The notes below the pieces were generated by a model. It did no database searches. It saw only the letters and a program-made list of their open reading frames with translations, and had not been told where the DNA came from. A stretch of DNA of 64,000 nt from NCBI GenBank assembly GCA_030390025.1, contig CM059433.1:1178001-1242000 (forward strand), read 5' to 3'. This document shows positions 38,392 to 51,290 of the stretch, in pieces. Numbering within the stretch: the first letter of the stretch is position 1; every line of letters starts with the position of its first letter. The DNA comes from Squalus acanthias. Its lineage: Eukaryota. Both the position numbers and the translations under genes were made by a program.

Positions 38392-38843
38392 ATAGGAACA
38401 TAAGAACATTAGGAACAGGAGTAGGCCATTCAGCCCCTCAGACCTGCTCCGCTATTTAAAGATTATATCTGATCTTCACCTGAACTCCATTTTTCTGCAT
38501 TTTGCTCCATATCCCTTGATGCCCTGAACAAAAATCTTAGCGATCTCAGTCTTGAAAGCTCCAATTAACCCAACATCCACAGCCTTTTGTGGGAAAGAAT
38601 TCCAGATTTCTATTGCCCTTAGTGTGAAAAAGTGCTTCCTGATTTTACTCCTGAATGATCCAGCTCTAATTTAAAGTTTTATGGCCCCTTGTTCTTGATT
38701 CACTCACCAGAGGAAATAGTTTCTCCATACCTAACCTATCAAATCCTTTTAACATTTTAAACACCTCGATCGGATCACCCCTTCAATCTCCTAAACTCGA
38801 GGGAATACAAGACAAGTTTATGCAACCTGTCCTCATAATTTAA
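38392..38843 (-). mobile_element. Old CR1 3' fragment
   Basis: AACATAAGAACA tail and GGAGTAGGCCATTCAGCCCCTC UTR on the plus strand; decayed coding remnant. Confidence 0.82.
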
Positions 38844-40054
38844 CACTCAGAGCCCTTTGGCTGCACTCCCACCTGACCTATGGCAGGAGTGCTGCGGATT
38901 CATGGTGGATGTTTGAAACCAGCATCTCTATTATGATCTCTTGATACTTTCTGGCCCGAGATGGTGCAACGACAGCATTGTCAAAGTGCTTTTCAGTCAC
39001 CACAGTGTGCACTGTATGTTTTTAATGAGGGATAAAGATCTTTGTTTTGGAAAAGTAGCTGCTGATTTATGTCATTTTAAATTATAAAACCCTAAATTTA
39101 AGCACAGACAAGAGCAAGCTATTGGGTAATTTGATCTTTACTGGCACAGGAAGCTATTAAAGTTCTACCAAGACAGCAGGATCTGAGTGGAGAGAACAGA
39201 AGTCTCCAAGCAATTTTATTTAACTGCTTAATCCTCCCGCACACTGACACAAAGTCGACAAAGGGAACCAAATTACCCAGCTCCACTTTGATAGAATTAC
39301 CTATTGTCAACAGGCCAGCAACTAATTCCCTAATATTCTTGTTTATCACCAGCTAGATGAAGCATGCCCTGATAAAAGGGCTAAAATGAAGATGATGGGG
39401 GTGGGGTGGTGGTGGATGGGGGGGCGGGACAAGCAAGCAAACACATTGCATTCTGTCCTGCACCAAACTGACTGGTGGGATGACTTGTGTTCATGGGGCA
39501 GAAGAGGATATACGACAAAGACAAAGCAGGTGACCAAATACTGAGGAAGTCTGAGCAGATTAACAAACTAACACTTTACACAGATAAAACCTCTTTCAAA
39601 TCACCGAACCTTGCAGCAACAATTCAGGCCGGTCATTATCATTTGTCAACTAAGCCTTGAGTGGAACCTTTTATTGTATTGAGTATATCGTGTCACAATG
39701 AAAAGATGTCAGTTTATTCCAGAAAACAAAAGTATCAATTTGTTTATTAACAGGAGGCAAGGTTAGATCATAATCCTCATCTAGTGCTTTAAAATTTAAC
39801 TTTTACTCCAGTTTCAATAAAAACTAAGACACAAATGTAAGCGGCACATTGTAAAATGTCACAGTCCAGTCGCTGTGCCAGTTATTACTGAACAGAATTA
39901 GCACGGTGGCCAAAATATTGAGACAGAGGCAGAGTTCTCAAACTAGGCTGCTCCTGTACATAGTCATGATGTGGAGATGCCGGCGTTGGACTGGGGTGGA
40001 CAAAAATGAGAAGTCGCACAACACCAGGTTATAGTCCAACAGATTTATTTAATT

Positions 40055-40092
40055 TTACAAGCTTTCGGAGCTGTCACTCCTTCGTCAGGTAA
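40055..40092 (-). ncRNA. Minimal hammerhead ribozyme motif in the Penelope pLTR (left arm)
   Basis: UUAC-CUGACGA-A-GGAG ugacag CUCC-GAAA-GCUU-GUAA. Confidence 0.8.
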
Positions 40093-40305
40093 GTTAGCAA
40101 TGAGAGAATCTCCCAGAATTCACAATTTAAACCCAGACAAAATCTATTCACATTATTCGCTACAACAAAGAGCACAGCCAAGACAATGAGATGTGTCCCA
40201 GGGGGTCCAGCGTGTCAAACCACCTGCTGGCTGCATATCCTGTCAATTTGTGTTCTTGTGTTTTTAAAAAAAAAAACACCTGGGAAGACCGGCCATGATG
40301 TCAAG

Positions 40306-40781
40306 TCACGTTCTGTATCGTGACATGAACCCGATATCGCGATTGAGGCCATCCTCATGAGTGCGGAACTTGGCTATCAGTTTCTGCTCTATGATTTTGC
40401 GCTGTCGTGTATCTCGAAGGCCGCCTTGGAGAACGCTTACCCGCAGATCCGAGGCTGAATGCCCCTGGCTGCTGAAGTGTTCCCCGACTGGGAGGCAACC
40501 CTCCTGCCTGGCGATTGTTGCGCGGTGTCCGTTCATACATTGTCTCAGTGTCTGCATGGTCTCGCCGATGTACCATGCTCTGGAGCATCCTTTACTGCAA
40601 CGTATCAGGTAGACAACGTTGGCCGAGTCACATGAGTATGTACCGTGTACCTGGTGGGTAGTGTCCTCACGTGTAATGATGGTATCTGTGTCCATGATTT
40701 GGCATGTCTTGCAGAGGTTGCCGTGGCAGGGTTGTGTGGTGTCTTGGTTGCTGTTCTCCTGAAAGATGGGTAATCTGCTGC
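40306..40781 (-). CDS. Penelope GIY-YIG endonuclease domain (inverted copy, frame intact, no 5' end)
   Basis: PCHGNLCKTC..CDSANVVYLIRC..WYIGET..RQCMNGH..HF..EQKLI..GLN. Confidence 0.8.
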
Positions 40782-40790
40782 AAATTCGCC

Positions 40791-41955
40791 AAATTCGCAC
40801 CCCAATACGCCAACATCTTCATGCACAAGTTCGAGCAAGACTTCTTCGCTGCACAGGACCTCCAACCAACGCTGTACACCAGATACATCGACGACATCTT
40901 CTTCCTTTGGACCCACGGCGAAGGATCACTGAAAGGACTACACGATAGCATCAACAGGTTCCATCCCACCATCAAACTCACCATGGACTACTCCTCAGAA
41001 TCGGTTTCATTCTTGGACACACGAATCTCCATCAAAGACGGACGCCTCAGCACTTCACTCTACCGCAAGCCCACGGACAACCTCACGATGCTCCACTTCT
41101 CCAGCTTCCACCCTAACCACGTTAAAGAAGCCATCCCCTATGGACAAGCCCTGCGAATACACAGGATCTGCTCAGACGAGGAGGAACGCGATGGACACCT
41201 ACGGACACTGAAAGACGCTCTCGTAAGAACGAGATATGACGCTCGACTCGTCGATCGACAGTTCCGACGGGCCACAGCGAAAAACCGCATAGACCTCCTC
41301 AGAAGACGAACACGGGACACAACCAACAGAGTACCCTACGTCGTCCAGTACTTCCCCGGAGCGGAAAAACTACGCCATGTTCTTCGCAGCCTTCAACATG
41401 TCATCGATGACGACGAACACCTTGCTAAGGCCATCCCCACGCCTCCACTACTCGCCTTCAAGCAGCCGCCTAACCTCAAAAGTACCATCGTTCGCAGCAG
41501 ATTACCCATCTTTCAGGAGAACAGCAACCAAGACACCACACAACCCTGCCACGGCAACCTCTGCAAGACATGCCAAATCATGGACACAGATACCGGACAC
41601 TACCCACCAGGTACACGGTACATACTCATGTGACTCGGCCAACGTTGTCTACCTGATACGTTGCAGTAAAGGATGCTCCAGAGCATGGTACATCGGCGAG
41701 ACCATGCAGACACTGAGACAACGTATGAACGGACACCGCGCAACAATCGCCAGGCAGGAGGGTTGCCTCCCAGTCGGGGAACACTTCAGCAGCCAGGGGC
41801 ATTCAGCCTCGGATCTGCGGGTAAGCGTTCTCCAAGGCGGCCTTCGAGATACACGACAGCGCAAAATCATAGAGCAGAAACTGATAGCCAAGTTCCGCAC
41901 TCATGAGGATGGCCTCAATCGCGATATCGGGTTCATGTCACGATACAGAACGTGA
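40791..41955 (+). pseudogene. Penelope ORF 3' part (RT thumb + GIY-YIG), frameshifted at 41594/41595
   Basis: KFAPQYANIFM, RYIDDIF, FLD, YRKPT motifs; 14-nt deletion (ATCATTACACGTGA) relative to the inverted arm. Confidence 0.88.
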
Positions 41956-42192
41956 CTTGACATCATGGCCGGTCTTCCCAGGTGTTTTTTTTGGTTTTTT
42001 TTTTTGGTTTTTTTTTTTTAAAAACACAAGAACACAAATTGACAGGATATGCAGCCAGCAGGTGGTTTGACACGCTGGACCCCCTGGGACACATCTCATT
42101 GTCTTGGCTGTGCTCTTTGTTGTAGCGAATAATGTGAATAGATTTTGTCTGGGTTTAAATTGTGAATTCTGGGAGATTCTCTCATTGCTAAC

Positions 42193-42230
42193 TTACCTGA
42201 CGAAGGAGTGACAGCTCCGAAAGCTTGTAT
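42193..42230 (+). ncRNA. Minimal hammerhead ribozyme motif in the Penelope pLTR (right arm)
   Basis: TTAC-CTGACGA-A-GGAG TGACAG CTCC-GAAA-GCTT-GTAT; the outer stem I pair is broken. Confidence 0.75.
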
Positions 42231-42557
42231 AATTAAATAAATCTGTTGGACTATAACCTGGTGTTGTGCGACTTCTCATTCCTGTACATAGTGGTAGTGA
42301 GGACGGAGTCTTTGCAGTCCTTCAAGGAGACGTTAGATGCTTTTTCGAAAAGCAATATAATCATGGCAGAAGGAATGGCAGACAAATTATTCTGGGAAAT
42401 AACTAACTGGTTTGGGGCATCCTGGGACTTGCCTGATCGCCTTTCAGGGGTTGGAGAGGAATTTTTGATGGAGCATTCCTGAATGGACAGTGGATCTCAT
42501 TGTATTTCTGCCTCTCCTGGGAGGTGGGTGTGGGGTGGTGGGGGAAGGTAGGTACAC

Positions 42558-43102
42558 GGGACTGAATTTTCAGCCCCTCTGCCCATGAGAAATGGGCCGG
42601 TAGCACCCCCATTGGTGAGAAATAACCTACCGCTCCGTTGCTACCGTTGCTGTGAACACGACAATGTTCACTGGGACCTACCACGAGCCAGCCGCCAGTG
42701 GGTAGGAAGTCGGCTAGTATCAGCTGGCAGCCCAACCGAAGAGGACCTGAAAGGTGAGTTCCTCTTCATATTTGTGTGGCAGGGAGGAGTACGAGTGCTT
42801 CTCCAGTCTCCACAGATCCAGCCTGGAACACGGCTGCTCCGGCGCACATCCGCCCACCCCCCACCACCCCCACCAACCGCTGCAGATCAGAGCCCTCCAG
42901 AAACCTACCTTTCTGCAGCCCGGAGGCAGGCTGGCCGCCTGAAATTGCAACAGGCCAGAGGTGGCATATGCCGCAGGGTAGTCGGCTCCTGGGCTGCAGT
43001 CCGCAGGCCCAATGCAAATGAGTCCTGGTCCAGAGAATGCGCCGCGCCGCCCACCGAGGGCTACCGGGCGACCGGCTACTGCTCTGGGAGGAAATCCACC
43101 CC
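42558..43102. mobile_element. Degenerate GG-terminated MITE
   Basis: GGGACTGAATTTTC / GAAATCCACCCC ends; GC-rich interior similar in style to neighbouring MITEs. Confidence 0.5.
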
Positions 43103-43192
43103 ATGGAGTTAAGTCCAGCAAAAAATATGGCAAGCACATATGAACGTGAGGCCCTTTTCTGGTCCTAGTCCAGCAATGCCTCAATTTTAAAA

Positions 43193-43560
43193 TTGTCAAA
43201 TCCCTCCATGGCCTCGCCCTCCCTATCTCTGTAACCTCCTCCAGCCCTACAATCTCCGAGATATCTGCGCTCCACCAATTCTGGTCTCTTGTGCATGCCC
43301 AATTTCCATTGTCCCACCATTGGCGGCTATGCCTTCAGCTGCCTAGGCCCAAAGCTCTGGAATTCTCTTGTTAAACCTCTCCACCTCTCTCTCCTCCTTT
43401 GTGACGCTCATTAAAACCTACTTCTTTGACCAAGCTTGTGGTCACCTGTCCTTTTATCTCCTTATGTAGCTCGTGTCATATTTTGATTGATAGTGAAGTG
43501 CATCGGGACGTTTTACTATGCTGAAGATGCTATATAAATGTACATTGCTGTTGTCGTAGT
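43193..43560 (+). mobile_element. L2-clade LINE 3' end
   Basis: CAAATCCCTCCATGGCCTCGCCC..AAAACCTAC..TTTGACCAAGC..GCTATATAAATG tail; homologous to the 35274 and 55238 copies. Confidence 0.85.
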
Positions 43561-44067
43561 AGGATAACATCATGTAACACAAAGCGAGCCTGCCCAGTGA
43601 CTCTCACTGAGACAGCATTCCTCTGTAACTCAGAAATTGAAAAAATCTCTGCTAAGGTAGATACATTTTTTGCGCAATGTTTATTTTTTCTAATTTTATT
43701 CCCTTCTCTTCTTCAGAAGACAAAAGGGTAAATTGTGAAAAAGTCCCACGCCACCAGTGGACAGGGACGTGCAAAATTTACTTGAATGGCTTCGGCTGGA
43801 GAACAGCAATGCCAGCCTTCACCCACCTTTCCCCTCACAGCCATGCTTCACGTGTGAGCCCAGACAGGGAATGTCAGCGGGACATCAGATACCCCTCAGC
43901 TTGATTCTGTCTGTGTCCAATGTCCACACTTGCACATTTTCCAGGACATTAATGAATATTAATCGGTAATGGGGACCCCAGCTCATTTTCCACTTCCCTA
44001 GCTGGGGTACTGAGGCCAATTTTAGCATCCCTACTGTTGCAGGTCCGTTACACAAGTAAGTAATCTG

Positions 44068-46632
44068 GAGAGGCAGATATCAGGCAGGGGGATTGTGATA
44101 TACTTGAACAAATTAGTATTGAGAGGGAGGAGGTACTAGCGGTTTTAGCGGGCTTAAAAGTGGATAAATCCCCAGGCCCAGACGAGATGTATCCCAGGCT
44201 GCTGTGTGAGGCAAGGGAGGAGATTGCAGGGGCTCTGACACAAATTTTCAGAACCTCTCTGGCCACAGGGGAGGTGCCAGAGGACTGGAGAACAGCTAAC
44301 ATAGTACCATTATTCAAGAAAGGTAGTAGGGATAAACCAGGGAATTATAGGCCAGTGAGCCTAACATCAGTTGGTAGGGAAATTATTGGAAAAAATTCTG
44401 AGGGACAGAATTAGTCTCCACTTGGAGAGGCAAGGATTAATCAAGGATAGTCAGCATGGCTTTGTCAGGGGGAGATCATGTCTAACCAATTTGATTGAAT
44501 TTTTCGAGGGGGTGACTAGGTGCATAGATGAGGGTAGTGCAGTTGATGTAGTCTACATTGACTTCAGTAAGGCATTTGACAAAGTTCCGCATGGGAAACT
44601 GGTTAAGAAGGTAAGAGCCCATGGGATCCAGGGCAATTTGGAAAATTAGATCCAAAATTGGCTTAGTGGCAGGAGGCAGAGGGTGATGGTCGAAGGTTGT
44701 TTTTGTGACTGGAAGCCTGTGTCCAGTGGTGTACCGCAGGGATCGGTGCTGGGTCCTTTGCTGTTTGTAGTGTACATTAATGATTTAGATATGAATGTAG
44801 GAGGTATGATCAGTAAGTTCGCAGATGACACGAAAATTGGTGGAGTGGTAAATAGTGAGGAGGGAAGCCTCAGGCGACAGGATGATATAGATGGGTTGGT
44901 CAGATGGGCAGAACAGTTGCAAATGGAATTTAACCCTGAAAAGTGTGAGGTGATGCATTTTGGGAGGACTAACAAGGCAAGGGAATACACAATGAATGGT
45001 AGGACCTTAGGAAGGACAGAGGATCAGAGGGACCTTGGTGTGCATGTACATAGATCCCTGAAGGCAGTAGGACAGGTAGATAAGGTGGTTAAAAAGGCAT
45101 ATGGGATACTTGCCTTCATTAGCCGAGGCATAGAATATAAGAGCAGGGAGGTTATGATGGAGCTGTACAAAACGCTAGTTAGGCCACAGCTGGAATACTG
45201 TATGCAGTACTGGTCACCACACTATAGGAAGGATGTGATTGCATTGGAGAGGGTGCAGAGGAGATTCACCAGGATGTTGCCTGGGCTGGAGCGCCTCAGC
45301 TATGAAGAGAGACTGGACAGGCTGGGGTTGTTTTCCTTAGAGCAGAGAAGGCTGAGGGGGGACCTGATTGAGGTGTAAAAAATTATGAGGGGCATAGATA
45401 GGGTAGATAGAAAGGAACTTTTCCCCTTAGTAGAGGGGTCAATAACCAGGGGGCATAGTTTCAAGGTAAGGGGCAGGATGTTTAGAGGGGATTTGAGGAA
45501 AAACTTTTTCACCCAGAGGGTGGTTGGAATCTGGAACTCACTGCCTGAAAGGGTGGTAGAGGCAGGAACCCTCACAACATTCAAGAAGCATTTAGATGAG
45601 CACTTGAAACGCCATAGCATACAAGGCTACGGACCAAGTGCTGGAAAATGGGATTAGAATAGACAGGGCTTGATGGCCAGCGCGGACACGATGGGCCGAA
45701 GGGCCTCTTTCTGTGCTGTATAACTCTATGGGGGAGAAATTCAGTATCGCCCCATTTGGGGTGCAATTATCGGCCGGGCGCAAAGATTAGCGCCTGGCGC
45801 TAATTATCGCCTCCGACTGCAAACTTGACTTTTATCGCCCCTGTAGATGATTGGAGTGCTAAATCAGGCGCTACACATCTGTCTTAAAGCGCAAAGGCTG
45901 AGGAGCGAGGCGCTAACTCAGAGCGCTGGCGAAGCTCATGTGATGTCAGTCAGCAATGGAACACAGACACAATTGCGCCGGCCAGTTCTTAAAGGGGAGA
46001 GTTGATCTTGCTTTCCATCCACATCCTGCTCATTGTAGCCTTGAATCTCGGCCTGGAGAGACCTGTACATCAAATCTGCTGGAAAGAACAATAGAGAGGC
46101 CCAGGGAAAGATCTCAGAGTGCAGCCCCCACAGTCTCTTCTAAATCGATACAAAAAGGGCAAATCAAAATGAACCTGCAAAGTGCTGCTCAGTACCCAAA
46201 ACTCCTTCATACAGCATTGAATCTCTCCAGAAGTCTCTCTCTCTCTCTCTCAGAATGTGTGGTTCAAAAATGTCACCAACAAAAAAAGGCAGGAAGCGGT
46301 CGCCTTTAAATAGCGCTCCCCCAGTCCCTTCCTGACTGCAAAACGCTCCCCTCAACCTGTCGTTGCTAGCGGCAGGCGATAAGGCAGGGGGCGCCACTCA
46401 ATATCCGCTCCGGGACACTATCGGGGCGTTGCGCACTCGACTGACGTCACGATCTGCCGGCGCAAGAGATCGTGGTGGTAGTGTTTAGCGCTGCCGCAAA
46501 ATGTCTAGTTAATTTCGGGAGCGGTGCAAACATCGCCGCGCCCGGACGCTAGTTGCTTTGCGCCCCATTAGCGCCCTCTTAAGGTGCTAACGGGAGGCGC
46601 AACCAACTGAATTTTCCCCCTATGACTCTATG
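44068..46632 (+). mobile_element. CR1 (HER1-like) LINE RT/3' portion with stops and a frameshift; its tail is interrupted by a MITE
   Basis: [31 protein letters not shown]; (ACTCTATG)n tail resumes at 46621. Confidence 0.93.
45730..46620. mobile_element. Harbinger-like MITE related to 19911-20682
   Basis: TIR GGGGGAGAAATTCAGT / ACTGAATTTTCCCCC; 3-bp TSD TAT (45727-45729, 46621-46623). Confidence 0.88.
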
Positions 46633-46854
46633 AGGCACCGACTTTAGCTCAGCAATGATTACCTGGAGTTTTCACCTACCGTAATGGGAAAAACTGCTCA
46701 AAAGGGGAGGAAACGCTTCTTCCCACCTGAAGACAGAAGATTTTGTCCCATTTCTTTGCTTTAAAAACACAAAACAACCACCTTTTTATGAATAAAAAAA
46801 AAGTAAAGGACAAGTTACTTTGCTAATCAGTCATAACAAGACTTGTGGTATGAT

Positions 46855-47532
46855 GCACAGAAAGCTAGCATGCAGTTACAGCAAGCAATAAGGAAGGCAA
46901 ATGGCATGTTAGCCTTTTTTGCAAGGGGTTTGGAGTATAAGAGTAAGGAAGTCTTGCTACAATTGTACAGGGCCTTGGTGAGACCACACCTGGAGTACTG
47001 TGCACAGTTTTGATCTCCTTATCTAAGGAAGGATATACTTGCCTTGGAGGCGGTGGAACGAAGGTTCACTCGATTGATTCCTGGGATGAGAGGGCTGTTC
47101 TATGAGGAGAGATTGTGTAGAATGGGCCGATACTCTCTGGAATTTAGAAGAATGAGAGGCAATCTCATTGAAACATACAAGATTCTGAAGGGGATTGACA
47201 GGGTAGATGCTGAGAGGTTGTTTCCCCTGGCTGGAGAGTCTAGAACTAGGTATAAGGGGTAGGCCATTTAAGACTGAGATGAGGAGGAATTTCTTCACTC
47301 AGAGGGTTGTGAATCTTTGGAATTCTCTGACCAGAGGGCTGTGAATGCTGAGTCTTTGAGTAGATTCAAGGCTGAGATATGTAGATTTTTGGACTCTAGA
47401 GAATCAAGGGATATGGAGATCAGGCAGGAAAGTGAAGTTGAGGTCGATGATCAGCCATGATCTTATTGAATGTTGGAGCAGGTTCGAGGGGCTGTATGGC
47501 CGACTCCTGCTCCTATTTCTTATGTTCTTATG
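46855..47532 (+). mobile_element. CR1 LINE 3' portion (same family as 30569-32014)
   Basis: QQAIRKANGML, RPHLEYCAQF remnants; TTCTTATG tail. Confidence 0.9.
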
Positions 47533-49048
47533 ACCCTGTAATGTTCAGGTATCCTGAAGAACTGCAGATCATGGCATGAGTTGTGTCTCTGAGATTGAGA
47601 GGGGTCTTTCCTCGGTGTTGTGTCTGAGTTAATACCCTGACATTTATTGTTACACCTTGGCCTAGAGTTTTGTTGGCAGCATCTTCAATCTTTCCATTCC
47701 TGTCTATGGCAGGCTGTGGCTCATTCTTCAGCAGGTGTTGTTGGGGGCATCAGAGTGTGAGGGTGAGTGGATGATGTTTAACGAGATGCAGAGAGTGCGG
47801 AAGAGACTTCTTAGTTGGGATGAAAAGTCATGTAGCACGGTATTACTGATCCCTGAGCGGTATTCTCCAGTGGTCACACAGTCTGCCGAGGAGGAGAATC
47901 TTTGCTAGAGTCCAGAACAGTGTTTGAGGGAATCCTGCTGCCTCCTGACTCAGGGAAGGTTGGCTTTGTCCAGGGGTATGCTGTTCTCACGTTGGTCTCT
48001 TTGCATTTGGGGGAGCACAAACTCGATCCTTGTTGGGACCTGATTACCCTACTGCTTCTCTGTTTTGTTCTTATAGGTACAGGCTAAGTGCTTAGGAAAT
48101 TAGCTCATCCGTCAGTCCCAACATTGAGCAAGCTTGCGCGGCAGCTAAATCTTCCGCTCCGGCTCTGCAGTAGCACCCCTGACTGAAACACTGGCAACGC
48201 TCCCTTAGCAACTGAGAGATCTTGAGGCAATACTGGAGAGAGCAAAAGATGTACTGCCCTCGTGCCTGACTGCTGTCCTGGGCAAAGACCAGCTAACACA
48301 GCACAGAACCAGGATCATACCTGATGCCTTTTGATCCAGGCAATGGCTTTACTCACTGGGGAATTTTTTTTAAGCATATATAAATATTTTCACTGCAGGC
48401 AGGCATCATGAAACTCTTTTGTTTTATTTGTAGATCTTTGTTAAAAAAAATTCTGTTTCGGCAAAGTAAATGGTCATAAAAGAACAGCAGAAATATATCA
48501 ACAGTTCTAAGCTTGAAAGGAAAAGCAATTAATTGTTGGTTTTATTTAACCCTCTGAGTGCTAAAAGACTTTATACAATGCTGGCCATAGTACTTCATTT
48601 CTTGAATTGATTTCAGTGACGAAAGTTGTGAAATATTACAAGGGAAAATTGGCTATAAAATATTCACTCTCAGAAGGATGCTGCAAGAATAAAAGTAAAT
48701 GAATGGACCAAATAATATTTCATGAGATCGTTGATCTAACCAATTCTAAAACTTGTAATATGATGAGGATATATCTGTCTGTCCTGCACAGTTTTCAGAA
48801 ACGAAAGAATATTACGATATTTATACTGAAACACAATGACACCTCCACCTAGGATTTCCTTGATGTGAGCCTCTTGACCCCTGTACAATAGTATTTCAGT
48901 TACTGGGATGGTCCTATTCTGACCCCTATTGAAACAATCACTTCACTCACTACTGTGCCTCTTCTCTTGCCCTGTTTGAGGTAAAGCCGGCATCCTCTAA
49001 TCTAGGTACTAAATTAGTGTTTAAAGAAAAAAGCATTAAAAATTACAT

Positions 49049-49240
49049 TACATAGAATCCACAGCACAGAAACAGGCCATCCGGCCCAACTGATCTATGC
49101 CTGTGTTTACGAGCTTCCTTTACTCTAATTACCTCTTACCACCCTGCCCCCATATTCTTCTATTCCCTTCTCCCTCATGTATACATCAAGCCTCCCGTTA
49201 AATGCATCAATGCTATTTGCTTCAACCTCTCCCTGTGGCA
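49049..49240 (-). mobile_element. Old CR1-type 3' end
   Basis: ACATAGAATCCACAGCACAGAAACAGGCCATCCGGCCCAAC is the reverse complement of the UTR type at 28070-28100. Confidence 0.7.
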
Positions 49241-49812
49241 GTGATGCTTCTCAGCTTGACCTTTCAAACTCAGAATTTACAGCTTTTGAATGGACAGAGG
49301 GTCATGGAATTCCACAAAGAAAGTCCCGCTGAAACAAGCGCTGTAAACAGGAGTGAATCTAACCATTTGCTAAAGAGTTTTGACCATAGGGTGGCTTGAG
49401 AATGAAGAAGTAAAAATAAGCTGTTGAAGTTAGAGACAGCATTTGGGATAATGTATTCACACTAAGGTTATCGCTTGTCTGTAAATTATGCTAAGTGTGA
49501 GACATACAGACCAAGGGTAAGACATATATATTAATAGGAAGCTTTACACACTAACATTATGGTCACAATATGTGTACACTAAGGGTAAGATGCATGTGTT
49601 AACTATAATGTGTAAGGTGTATATAAATATTAACAGTAAGACGTACACATTAATGGCAAAGTGCATTTTAATTTGAATAGAACAAAACATATCTAGTTTA
49701 AAGTAGGGAGCTAAATAATGAGCTAACTGACACGGCAGTCACTGCAAGTCTCAAACACTTGATCATTTCATACACAAAGTTGCATAATATTATTTGATGA
49801 AAATGTAAATTA

Positions 49813-50165
49813 CAGGAAACTCTCGTTTAAACGGCACCTAAATATCCGGAATTCTCTATTAACCGGCAAAATTCATACTGCGAAAACAACAGCTCAATAA
49901 CCGTTTTGTTTTACTGTTAAGTAATTAAAGAGTTATGGATTACCCTCAACTGGCAGTACTGTATTTAATCAAGCATCTTCCACCATCCATTTAACACAAC
50001 ATTCTGTAGGGGAGTACCCAATTACTGTATACTGCACATTTCTTAATTTTTTTATTTTTGTTTGTTAAAAATAGCCTCGGTAGATAACCCTCTCCGTTAT
50101 CCGGAATTTTTAATCAACTGGCACCATCCCGGTCCCATCGGTGCCGGATACCAAAGAGTTTCCTG
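49813..50165. mobile_element. Tc1/mariner-pogo (Tigger-like) MITE
   Basis: TA-flanked TIRs CAGGAAACTCT..CGGCACC at both ends, with subterminal CCGGAATT / AAC(C/T)GGCA repeats. Confidence 0.8.
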
Positions 50166-50949
50166 TATTTTGAAATTCCTACAATGCAGAAGTAGAATGA
50201 TTGTTTATTAATTTTTGCCACACTGAAATTTTAAGGCATTCATTGAGTGAAACAGCTGTAAGAGGTGAGTTATAGGGAGCGTCCTTAAAGAGACAATATG
50301 TAATAGGGAGCGTCCTTAAAGTGTATAACTGAGAGTGTCCCATGAGTGAGTAGCATCAGTATTCTCCTGTTTTTAATACCTGCCAGTGCTATAAATGGAC
50401 CAGCTCTGCTGTATCAAATGCACGGATTGGATTGCTGAGTCCAGGGATGGGTATCAGTATAAAGGTAGCATTAAAGACTGAGAGACCACCCGCCCGTAGT
50501 CAGCACTTGATATCTCTCTCTCTCTCCCTCACCAACAAGTGAATGAGTCAGATTTGAACCGGCAGTAAGGTCCAATCTAGCATCACTCCCAAAGGTGGTT
50601 GTTAAAAGAAGCATTCACTGCCAATAATACAATGCCCAGGCACACCAATTGTTATCTGGATATCATTAGGTTAATGTAGAACTCACTGAGGAGGACAGTG
50701 AGTGTCGGGCCTTTCCATGCATGTAATCTAATAGCTATCTTCAAAGAGGTTGTTATGGAGGAAACTGCATAAGAAGGTGTTATCATATTAATCTATGAAT
50801 AAAAGAAACCAAATAACTCACCAACAAATTGAATTTCTGTCAGATGAAAATGAAGCCATTCCAATATAAATTTTTCATTGCTACTCAAATTCAGTGTGAT
50901 TATTGGAGATTTTCCCCCATTGTTAGACTTGCTTTTTTTTGTGCAATTT

Positions 50950-51290
50950 AGTCCCTTCCTCTCCAGTTGACGCTGACTCTTGCCTGGCTACAGTTCCATG
51001 GGAGCCAGCAACTGCCTCAAGTGGCCATTCTTCATGGCTGAGCCTAGACAGCGAATGTTGGTAGGGCTAGTGAACCACCGAGGACATCAAAGCTGAGTCA
51101 ATCCTGTTCTGACTTGACTCCCACAGGCGTATTTCCCAAAGCAACCACTGAACAGTAACTCAGAGCAGGGTCCCCGTGAACTTTCTCTCCCCGACTCAAG
51201 GTGATGAGGCCAATTGTAGCAACACAACTGCGACTCTCACTGAGATCATTTACTCAGCATAGACCAGGGATTGATCATGGGATCTTTTGA
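50950..51290 (-). mobile_element. Unclassified old SINE-like dispersed repeat (related pieces at about 25660-25850, 26930-27190, 43700-44045, 51670-51840)
   Basis: Shared motifs CTGAAGGC.CTGACTCTT, GTGGCCATTC(T/C)TC, GAGCC(T/C)AGACAG, TGAGGCCAATT.TAGCA across the copies. Confidence 0.55.

Larger units (their letters stand above)
39965..42279. mobile_element. Penelope-like element with an inverted 3' duplication (minus arm 39965-40781, plus arm 40790-42279)
   Basis: RT motif YIDDIF, GIY-YIG motif VVYLIRC..WYIGET, arms of about 780 bp in inverted orientation, 13-bp TSD TCCTGTACATAGT (39952-39964, 42280-42292). Confidence 0.96.

Noticed and set aside
40704..40800. N-termini of the 309-aa and 164-aa Penelope ORFs
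   Set aside because: They read across the inversion junction into antisense sequence and are not true starts.
47540..48360. Possible decayed retroelement or SINE pieces
   Set aside because: No motif could be assigned with confidence; left unannotated.
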